DNA of 64,000 bases, taken from contig JBEKCT010000002.1 of the NCBI GenBank assembly GCA_050014715.1, forward strand, positions 1,331 to 65,330. Reading direction: 5' to 3'. The first letter of the stretch is position 1. The number at the start of each line of letters is the position of its first letter. The position numbers were made by a program, and so were the translations under genes. This DNA comes from Anaerolineales bacterium (GTDB taxonomy: Bacteria; Chloroflexota; Anaerolineae; Anaerolineales; Villigracilaceae). A model generated the notes under the pieces. The model was not told the DNA's origin, did no database searches, and saw only the letters and a program-made list of their open reading frames with translations. Below, piece by piece: positions 47,100 through 54,629 of this stretch.

Positions 47100-48047
47100 A
47101 TGCCCACACCCAAGATTGCAGTAGTCGGCAGTTGCAATATGGATATTTATTCGTGGACCGATCACCTGCCGGAGCCCGGCGAGACGGTGATCGGCGACCG
47201 GTACCTGATGGTCATGGGTGGCAAAGGCGCCAACCAGGCAGTGGCTGCCTGCCGCCAGGGCGCCCAGGTGAGCATGATTGGCCGGGTTGGGGATGACCTG
47301 TTCGGTCAGCGCATGCTGGATACCCTGGTCAGCTACGAGGTAGACACATCCTTTGTCCAGGTGGATCACCAGACCGGGTCAGGAGTGGCACTGGTGATCG
47401 TGGACAAAAAGCCGGAGAACATTATCCTGGTGGTGCCGGGGACCAATATGCGCATTGAGCCAACCGATATTGACCCCGCGGCCGAGAGACTCCATGAGGC
47501 GGATGTATTGCTGCTTCAGATGGAGATCCCGCTCCCGACCATCGAGCATGCCCTCGACATCTCACGGCAGGGAAAGACGTTCTGCATCCTCAACCCTGCG
47601 CCGGCCCGGCCTCTCCCGGATCAGATTTTCCGGAAGATCGACTTAATCACCCCCAACCAGAACGAAGCTAAAGTCCTGACCGGCATCCCGGCGGATACGG
47701 TCAAAGGTGCGGAAGCAGCCGGAAAGGCGCTGATCGAGCGTGGGGTTCCGGCGGTAATCATCACGCTGGGAGCGCAGGGTGCGCTGCTTGTGCTTCCCAA
47801 CGAGACACACCACGTGGAAGGATTGCGCATCGAGGATGCGCTGGACACCACCGGCGCCGGGGATGCCTTCATGGGCGGGCTCTCGGTCGCCCTCGCCAAA
47901 GGAAAATCCTTGCAGCCGGCTGTCCGGTTTGCCAACGTCGTCGCGGCGCTCTCAACCCGGCGGCGAGGGGCAATGCCCTCCATGCCCAGCCGGGAGGAGG
48001 TGGAAGTGTTCATTCGGGATCATAATCTTGAATCCCTGGTCGCCTAA
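47100..48047 (+). CDS. rbsK: ribokinase (PfkB family)
   Basis: 315 aa, collinear with RbsK. Motifs seen are VVGSCNMD, PGETV.G, GGKGANQAVA, LNPAPA, TPNQNEA and DTTGAGDAF. Confidence 0.88.
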   Translation: MPTPKIAVVGSCNMDIYSWTDHLPEPGETVIGDRYLMVMGGKGANQAVAACRQGAQVSMIGRVGDDLFGQRMLDTLVSYEVDTSFVQVDHQTGSGVALVIVDKKPENIILVVPGTNMRIEPTDIDPAAERLHEADVLLLQMEIPLPTIEHALDISRQGKTFCILNPAPARPLPDQIFRKIDLITPNQNEAKVLTGIPADTVKGAEAAGKALIERGVPAVIITLGAQGALLVLPNETHHVEGLRIEDALDTTGAGDAFMGGLSVALAKGKSLQPAVRFANVVAALSTRRRGAMPSMPSREEVEVFIRDHNLESLVA

Positions 48048-48060
48048 AAGAGAGGAAAAA

Positions 48061-49158
48061 ATGGGCATTTCGAATGAGGCAAAGGTAAAAGAAGAACGGA
48101 TCCATCACCTGCTGGGTCAGCGTGGGTATGATTCGTTGCTGGTTGTGCGCCGGGAGAACTTTGCCTGGCTCAGCTGCGGTGGGCGGGCAGTCACTTCGTA
48201 TGTGGTGGAGAATGCGCCGGTGTATCTGCTGGTGACCCCCACCCGCAAGTATGCCATCGGATACTGCATGGACGTGCCGCGCACCTTTGACGAGGAACTG
48301 GCCGGCCAGGGGTATGAACCAGTGGCGCTGCCCACTTTTGGGAAGACCCCCGACCAGGCTGCCTTGGAGCTTGCCACGGGCCGCCTGGCAGCAGATTGCG
48401 CCATCGCCGGGCTGGATAACCTGGGGCCGGCGGTGACCGCACTCCACGAGCCGCTTTTGTCCGAGGAGATGGAGCGCTACCGTGCAGCCGGAAAAGAGGC
48501 CGGCGAGTTAATTCACGATCTGGCCAGCTGGGTCAGGCCCGGGATGTCCGAGCGCCAGGTCCTCGGCCACATGTGGGGGTTGTACGCCGAACACAATTTT
48601 GATGGGGACTGCATGTTCGTCGTTTCGGACGAGCGGATCCGCCGCTACCGGCACGCGGTGCCCTCCAATAAGGTCATCGAGCGGGTGGTGATCCTGGCTC
48701 CGGCAACCTATAAGTACGGCCTGCATTTTCCGGTCAGCCGGGTTGTTTATTTTGGCCAGCCCACGAAAGATGAACGCCGGCGTCATCTGGCGGCCTCCTC
48801 TATCCAGGCGGCGATGGTCGCCAGCGCAAAACCGGGCATGCACCTTACGACCATGCGTCAGACTTGCCTGGACCTCTTTGACCAGCTCGGCTTCCCAGAA
48901 GAGAAAACCAACCACATGCACGGTGGGCCGACTGGCTACCGAGTCAGCTATCCAGAACGCTGCCAGGATCCGAACGAAATGGTCAAGCCCGGTATGGCTC
49001 TTGGCTGGTATATCACCCTCGCAGGGGCAAAGAGCGAGGAGGTTACCCTGGTAGATGAGCAGGGTGGCCAGCTCATCACTGTAGATCCGACCTGGCCGAT
49101 GCTCGAGATCGAGTATCAGGGACAAAAAGTGGTTGTTCCGGATGTCCTGCTGCAATAG
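48061..49158 (+). CDS. M24-fold (creatinase/prolidase-like) protein, probably non-peptidase
   Basis: 365 aa from ATG 48061 (GAGAGGAAAAA upstream). The ORF-track start at 47779 overlaps rbsK and is rejected. It has the pita-bread-fold pattern HMHGGPTGY and KSEEVTLV. The usual Asp-Asp metal pair is not evident. Confidence 0.65.
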   Translation: MGISNEAKVKEERIHHLLGQRGYDSLLVVRRENFAWLSCGGRAVTSYVVENAPVYLLVTPTRKYAIGYCMDVPRTFDEELAGQGYEPVALPTFGKTPDQAALELATGRLAADCAIAGLDNLGPAVTALHEPLLSEEMERYRAAGKEAGELIHDLASWVRPGMSERQVLGHMWGLYAEHNFDGDCMFVVSDERIRRYRHAVPSNKVIERVVILAPATYKYGLHFPVSRVVYFGQPTKDERRRHLAASSIQAAMVASAKPGMHLTTMRQTCLDLFDQLGFPEEKTNHMHGGPTGYRVSYPERCQDPNEMVKPGMALGWYITLAGAKSEEVTLVDEQGGQLITVDPTWPMLEIEYQGQKVVVPDVLLQ

Positions 49159-49476
49159 GAGATTGAGACGTCAACTACCACCCGCTAATGGCTTATATCT
49201 GGAGTAATAGAGTGCCCTACTTTCAAAGCTGCTTACCTTTTCCGATACATTCGTCAGTAATCAGGGTTATGCGCTGGTGTACCCTGTGGCATTTCGATTG
49301 GATGACTTCTCTTACGACAGAGAGTGGGGCCTCCGGTCCCACAACAGCCCAGTTGGCAAGAATTTCTCGTACTTCCTGCAAACACCAGTGCCGTTTAATT
49401 AGAACAATCGTACCGCAAGAAAGGAGAGGCGGCTTTCTCCCGTGTTGAAACGGGTGGTTTCCACCGCCAAGAAACT

Positions 49477-50640
49477 ATGAAAATTGCGATTGGCAGCGAC
49501 CACGCAGGTTTTCCCTTGAAACAGACCGTTATGGCAGAGCTGCAGGAACTGGGTCATGAGGTGACCGACCTGGGCGCTTTTACCGATGCACACGCGGCTG
49601 ACGATTACCATTTCACCGGAGTGCGCGTGGCGGAGACGGTGGTCAGCGGACAGGCAGACCGGGGGATTGTCATCTGCGGGACGGGGATCGGCATCAGCAT
49701 CGCCGCCAACAAGATCCCCGGGGCAGACGTCGCCCTATGCAACGATCTCTATACAGCGCAGAAATCGCGCGAGCACAACAACGCCAATGTCCTGGCGATG
49801 GGGTCACGGGTCGTCGGCGAAGGTCTGGCGAAGGAGATCGTGCGTGTCTGGCTGGCGACCCCCTATGCAGGCGGCCGTCACGAGGCCCGCAATCTTAATC
49901 TGCGCAAAATAGAAGCCAGGTATTCCCGCACACCGCAGACCGGATCACGCCGCGCCAGCCGAGGGAAACCCGCACCTCTCCGCGGGCGTCTGGTCGATCT
50001 CTCTCAATTGATATATCCCTCCCAAGAGGAGTACCGCTTCGACGCGCAGGTTTACCCGGTTAGCGAACTGCTCCCCCAATACCACACCCCGGTGGGGCAG
50101 TGGTATGTCATGACCGAGGTGACCTTGTGGAGCCACGTAGGTACGCATATCGAGTCGCCGCTTCACTACATAAAGGATGGACCAGATGTGGCTGACCTGC
50201 CGCTCGAGCAGTTGATCGGCCCGGCGGTGGTCCTCGATTTCAGCCACAAGCAGACCAACGAACCCATCCAGCTGGAAGAACTGCGCGAAGCAGGGGACGT
50301 GCAGGTCGGGGATATCGTCATCCTCAAAACTGGGCGCGACCGGCTGTATCGGACGCCGCAGGCGCATGACCGTCCTTACCTCGCTGTGGAAGCCACCCAT
50401 TGGCTGGCGGAAGACCGCCGGATCGCCCTACTGGGTACAGATGCCTCGGGTTTTGAGGTGCGCGGGATCGATACTCAGCCGAACCACCAGATCCTGTTCG
50501 AGCGTGGCATCCCGGTGATCGAACACCTGACCAACCTGTCATCCCTCACCCGGAGCCGGGTTACACTAATCGTCCTGCCCTGGAAGGCCCGCGGCTTGGA
50601 TAGCTGCCCGGTGCGGGTGGTAGCCTTCGAAGAAGAATAA
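49477..50640 (+). CDS. fusion protein: RpiB/LacAB sugar-phosphate isomerase (N) + putative cyclase/formamidase-family domain (C)
   Basis: 387 aa. Residues 1-~148 read MKIAIGSDHAGFPLK...VICGTGIGISIAANK...GGRHEARNLNLRKIE (RpiB). An Arg/Ser/Pro linker follows. Residues ~170-387 carry the motif SHVGTHIESPLH (HxGTHxExPxH, 50134-50166), typical of the cyclase family. Confidence 0.8.
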   Translation: MKIAIGSDHAGFPLKQTVMAELQELGHEVTDLGAFTDAHAADDYHFTGVRVAETVVSGQADRGIVICGTGIGISIAANKIPGADVALCNDLYTAQKSREHNNANVLAMGSRVVGEGLAKEIVRVWLATPYAGGRHEARNLNLRKIEARYSRTPQTGSRRASRGKPAPLRGRLVDLSQLIYPSQEEYRFDAQVYPVSELLPQYHTPVGQWYVMTEVTLWSHVGTHIESPLHYIKDGPDVADLPLEQLIGPAVVLDFSHKQTNEPIQLEELREAGDVQVGDIVILKTGRDRLYRTPQAHDRPYLAVEATHWLAEDRRIALLGTDASGFEVRGIDTQPNHQILFERGIPVIEHLTNLSSLTRSRVTLIVLPWKARGLDSCPVRVVAFEEE

Positions 50641-50652
50641 ATAAGGTGACTT

Positions 50653-51105
50653 ATGAAAATCATTATTGGCAGTGATCACGTTGGCTTCCCACTGAAGGAA
50701 ACGATTGTGCAGCATCTCAAGGACCGCGGATATGAGCCGGTAGATTTGGGCGTGCGGGACGAGACGCCGGTCGATTATCCGGATATCGGTCAGAAGCTGG
50801 CGGAGTGCGTTGCCCGAGGGGAGTACGAACGGGGGATCCTGGTGTGCGGTACGGGGATCGGCATGGCAATTGTGGCTAACAAAATCCCGGGTGTGCGAGC
50901 AGCAGTATGCCATGATCCCTATTCGGCTGACCGTGCGCGTAAAAGCAACAATGCTCAGATAATGACTCTGGGCTCCCTGGTGGTCGGCGCGGAGCTGGCC
51001 AAAATACTGGTTGATATCTGGCTGGCATCTGAATTTTCCGGTGGGCGATCAGCACCCAAGGTGGAAAAGATCAATGCCTTGGACGCTTATTACCGGAAAC
51101 GCTAA
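50653..51105 (+). CDS. rpiB: ribose-5-phosphate isomerase B / LacAB-family sugar-phosphate isomerase
   Basis: 150 aa. Motifs seen are MKIIIGSDHVGFPLK, ILVCGTGIGMAIVANK and GGRSAPKVEKI. Confidence 0.9.
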   Translation: MKIIIGSDHVGFPLKETIVQHLKDRGYEPVDLGVRDETPVDYPDIGQKLAECVARGEYERGILVCGTGIGMAIVANKIPGVRAAVCHDPYSADRARKSNNAQIMTLGSLVVGAELAKILVDIWLASEFSGGRSAPKVEKINALDAYYRKR

Positions 51106-51120
51106 GAAATCTGGTGAACC

Positions 51121-52113
51121 TTGAATACTGACCCATTGGCAGTAGATAAATCGACATTACAGCATCTTCTGTATCAAATGCTTGTCATCCGGCGCTTTGA
51201 GGAAGCACTTTATCGGGCTTTTCAAACTGAGAAAATGCCCGGCACCATGCACCAAACGACCGGCCAGGAGGCGATTGCGGCGGGGGTTGGAGAGGCGCTC
51301 CAGCCCGGGGATGTGATGACTTCTACCCATCGCGGCCATGGGCATGCGATTGCCAAGGGGCTAAGCATTCGGAAACTGATGGCGGAGATGTACGCTCGCC
51401 AGACGGGAACGAGCCGGGGGATAGGCGGTTCGATGCACCTCTTCGACCTTGCCAACGGGTTTTTGGGCACGACAGGCGTGGTGGGGGCCGGGGTGCCGAT
51501 CGCGGCCGGTGCCGCGCTGGCCCTGCATCTGGAAGGCAATCACAGGGTGGCGATCGCATTCATGGGAGATGGAGCCATGAACCAGGGTGCCGTCCACGAG
51601 GCGATCAACCTGGCGGCGGTTTGGAAGCTGCCGGTGGTCTTTGTATGCGAGAACAACGGTTATGCCGTTTCACTGCCCATGCAGAAGGCTTTTGCAATCA
51701 GCGCCATCGCCGAACGGGCGGCAGGGTACGGTATTCCTGGGATGACGCTGGATGGCAACGATGTGTTGGCGATCTATGAAGCGGCCTGTGCCGCAGTTGC
51801 CCGGGCGCGGGCAGGTGATGGCCCCTCTTTCCTGGAGTGTCTGACTTACCGCCATAAAGGCCATTCACGCTTTGAGCCGGCCAGCTACAGACCAGCCGGG
51901 GAGCTGGATGCATGGCTAGAAAAAGACCCAATCAAAGGATTCTGTCAGCGGCTCATCAGCTCGGGTATTTTCAAAAATAGCGAGATCGATGCCGTGCAGG
52001 CTGAGGCTCAGGTGGCAGTGGACGATGCAATCGCCTTTGCCCACTCCAGCCCACCCGCATCGTTGGAGGAAGCGCTGCACTTGACCTTTGCTGACGGCGA
52101 AGAGAGCAGGTAG
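51121..52113 (+). CDS. E1 alpha subunit (TPP-dependent), paralogue 4
   Basis: 330 aa, TTG start 15 nt after the rpiB stop. It has STHRGHGH and GDGAMNQG...CENN (GDG-x26-NN). Confidence 0.9.
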   Translation: MNTDPLAVDKSTLQHLLYQMLVIRRFEEALYRAFQTEKMPGTMHQTTGQEAIAAGVGEALQPGDVMTSTHRGHGHAIAKGLSIRKLMAEMYARQTGTSRGIGGSMHLFDLANGFLGTTGVVGAGVPIAAGAALALHLEGNHRVAIAFMGDGAMNQGAVHEAINLAAVWKLPVVFVCENNGYAVSLPMQKAFAISAIAERAAGYGIPGMTLDGNDVLAIYEAACAAVARARAGDGPSFLECLTYRHKGHSRFEPASYRPAGELDAWLEKDPIKGFCQRLISSGIFKNSEIDAVQAEAQVAVDDAIAFAHSSPPASLEEALHLTFADGEESR

Positions 52114-52115
52114 TC

Positions 52116-53156
52116 ATGCTAACCATGAATATGTCACAAGCGATCAACCTGGCCCTGCGCGAGGAGATGCGCCGGAACGCTAAAGTAGTTCTATTGGGCG
52201 AGGATATCGGCCGCTTCGGCGGGGCTTTCCAAGTAACCAAAGGGCTGCTGGAGGAATTTGGAGAGGACCGCGTTCGGGACACCCCCCTGTCTGAGGCGGC
52301 GATCATCGGCTGTGCGGTCGGGATGGCCCTGATGGGCTGGCATCCGGTAGCCGAGATGCAGTATTCCGATTTCGTCACCTGCGGGTTTGACCAGCTGGTC
52401 AACCAGGCGGCAAAAATTCACCTGATGTCCGGAGGAGGGGCGTGCGTCCCGATGGTGTTGCGCTTGCCGATCGGGGCCAAAGAGCACGGTGCGCAGCACG
52501 ACCAGAGCCCGGAAGCCTGGTTCATGCACACCCCCGGTCTGAAAGTTGTCATCCCTTCTACCCCCTACGATGCCAAAGGCCTGCTGAAGAGCGCCATCCG
52601 CGACCCCAATCCGGTGGTCTTCTGCGAACACAAAGTCCTGTATGGTACCCAATCGGTGGGCGGCCGCGGGCTGCCGGATCCGAAAAACGGAGAGACCGGG
52701 AGCGGCCTGGGGGCACAGGTCCCTGAGGAAGAATATACGATTCCTTTGGGAGTAGCGGATTTAAAGCGGCCCGGCCGGGACGTGACGATCATTGCCACGG
52801 CACTCATGGTCCACCGGTCAGTTGAGGCCGCCCTCCAACTTGCACAGGAGGGGATCGAGGCGGAGGTTGTCGATCCACGCACGCTCGTCCCGCTCGACCG
52901 AGAGACCATCCTAGGGTCGGTTGCCCGCACTCACCGGGTGATGGTGGTGACCGAGGAAGCCCGAACAGGGTCAGCGGGAGCGGAGATCGCCGCGCTGATC
53001 GCCGAAGAGGGCTTTGACGAGCTGGATGCTCCGGTGGTGAGGCTGGGCGCACCGGATGTTCCCCTCCCCTTCGCGCCTCACTTGCAGGCGAAATTTATCC
53101 CAAGCGCTGCGGAGATCGCGCGGGTGGCCCGTAGGCTCGTCCAGAAACAGATTTAG
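52116..53156 (+). CDS. E1 beta subunit, paralogue 4 (with ~20-aa insertion)
   Basis: 346 aa. Motifs seen are RDTPLSE, QHDQSPE and FCEHKVLY. The extra segment SVGGRGLPDPKNGETGSGLGA is absent from the other three betas. Confidence 0.9.
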   Translation: MLTMNMSQAINLALREEMRRNAKVVLLGEDIGRFGGAFQVTKGLLEEFGEDRVRDTPLSEAAIIGCAVGMALMGWHPVAEMQYSDFVTCGFDQLVNQAAKIHLMSGGGACVPMVLRLPIGAKEHGAQHDQSPEAWFMHTPGLKVVIPSTPYDAKGLLKSAIRDPNPVVFCEHKVLYGTQSVGGRGLPDPKNGETGSGLGAQVPEEEYTIPLGVADLKRPGRDVTIIATALMVHRSVEAALQLAQEGIEAEVVDPRTLVPLDRETILGSVARTHRVMVVTEEARTGSAGAEIAALIAEEGFDELDAPVVRLGAPDVPLPFAPHLQAKFIPSAAEIARVARRLVQKQI

Positions 53157-53170
53157 TCTTTTGGAGAACT

Positions 53171-54415
53171 ATGTCGTTTGAAGTGATCATGCCCAACCTG
53201 GGAGTAGTAAGCGAAACCTCAACCTTACTGCGCTGGCTTGTCCAGCCGGGTGATGAAGTGCGGAGAGGGCAGCCCTTTTTTGAAGCTGAATCCGATAAAG
53301 CGACCGTAGAGATCGAAGCCGGGGAGTCGGGGCGGTTTATCCCTCTTGCAAGTGCAGGGGACTTGATTGAGGCTGGTAAGGTGATCGGGATGCTGTTGAG
53401 TCCAGGGGAAGAATATCCGCAGGAAGAAGACCTCCCAAACAAGACCTCCTCCGCATCCGTTGCCAGTCCCCTCAGGCCAGTCGCGTTGCCGATGAACAAC
53501 CCGGAGCCACCCACCACGGCTCGTTCGGGCCGGGTGATGGTCACCCCACTTGCCAGGCGTCTGGCTGCCCGGCAGGGTGTGGATATCACCAAAATTAGTG
53601 GGTCAGGACCGCGCGGAAGGATTGTGGAATCGGACGTGCGGCAGGTCATGGAGCAACAAGCCGGGAGGGGATTCTCGCTCGAGGAAAAATCCCCGTTGTC
53701 GACTTTGCGCGGTGTAATTGCCCGCCGGATGGAAGAGTCAGCGCATACCACCGCACCGGTCACCCTGGTCACCGAGGGGAATGCTGAAAGGCTGGTTTCC
53801 CTCCGCGAAAACCTGCAGCATCACCCGGGCATGACAGGGGAATGGGTTACCTATAACCTGCTCCTGGCCCGGATAACCGGGCAGGCTTTGCTTGACTTTC
53901 CCCTTTTGAATGCCTCGTTGAGCGCTGGCGAGATTACCTTCCATGATATGGTCAACATTGGTGTGGCAGTGGATACCGAGAGAGGTCTGATCGTGCCGGT
54001 CTTGAAAGATGTCACCCACCGCCCGCTCCTTGAGCTGGGGAAGGAATTGGCTGACCTGATCGGGCGGGCCCGCGCGGGCCGCTCTTTCCCAGAAGACTTA
54101 CAAGCCGGGACATTTACAATTACCAACTTAGGCCAATATGGGATCGATGCGTTCACCCCGGTGATTAATTTACCCGAATGCGCAATCTTAGGTATTGGTC
54201 GGATCCGCCGATCGCCGGTCGAACGGGATGGAGGGCTGATACTGGGACAGATGATTACCCTTTCGTTAACCTTTGATCATCGCCTGGTGGACGGCGCCCC
54301 CGCCGCCCGCTTCTTGCAACGCTTGATTCAGATCGTAGAGGCACCGGATCAGATTGGGATTTTACATTCAGGAGGGCTTGGTGAGCAGGAGGAAGGCTTA
54401 TCAACTGCGGCGTAA
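53171..54415 (+). CDS. dihydrolipoamide acyltransferase (E2), paralogue 3
   Basis: 414 aa, with TGGAGAA SD. It has a lipoyl domain (EAESDKAT), a binding domain (VTPLARRLAARQGVDI), and the catalytic DHRLVDGA. Confidence 0.9.
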   Translation: MSFEVIMPNLGVVSETSTLLRWLVQPGDEVRRGQPFFEAESDKATVEIEAGESGRFIPLASAGDLIEAGKVIGMLLSPGEEYPQEEDLPNKTSSASVASPLRPVALPMNNPEPPTTARSGRVMVTPLARRLAARQGVDITKISGSGPRGRIVESDVRQVMEQQAGRGFSLEEKSPLSTLRGVIARRMEESAHTTAPVTLVTEGNAERLVSLRENLQHHPGMTGEWVTYNLLLARITGQALLDFPLLNASLSAGEITFHDMVNIGVAVDTERGLIVPVLKDVTHRPLLELGKELADLIGRARAGRSFPEDLQAGTFTITNLGQYGIDAFTPVINLPECAILGIGRIRRSPVERDGGLILGQMITLSLTFDHRLVDGAPAARFLQRLIQIVEAPDQIGILHSGGLGEQEEGLSTAA

Positions 54416-54629
54416 AACAATTGCCTTTAATGGAGTAGTTTTTATGTTGGGTTTATGAAGTTGATAGGCTATGCGCATTTCATGAAAGACCTCCCCTCCA
54501 TCAACCAATTCTATATCACATTCTTCTGCCTGGCTATACCCATGCCATCCGACCCACTAGGTAGCTAAGGGGCTGTTTGAAAAGTAGACAACCTCTTACT
54601 ATTACTCACAGCCGGACACGCCTCAGCAT

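Noticed and set aside
45225-47369. Long antisense ORFs opposite real genes. Examples: 45225-46181 (318 aa), 46515-47369 (284 aa), 40239-41090 (283 aa), 62593-63453 (286 aa), 53095-53772, 48508-49155, 35551-36195, 18244-18888 and 17357-17926.
   Set aside because: Each lies fully inside a strongly supported gene on the other strand. Their composition is Arg/Pro/Gly/Ser-rich and low-complexity, with no SD or family motif. These are typical shadow ORFs of GC-rich coding DNA.
47779-48060. The N-terminal 94-codon extension of the M24-like ORF given in the track (start at 47779).
   Set aside because: It overlaps the 3' third of rbsK in another frame and has junk-like composition. A good purine-rich SD precedes the internal ATG at 48061, 13 nt after the rbsK stop.
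9832-54415. The idea that the four E1/E2 sets are assembly artefacts or very recent duplications.
   Set aside because: The paralogues differ throughout at protein level and in length, gene order and neighbours. Nucleotide similarity is limited to short conserved-motif stretches such as the STHRGHGH codons.
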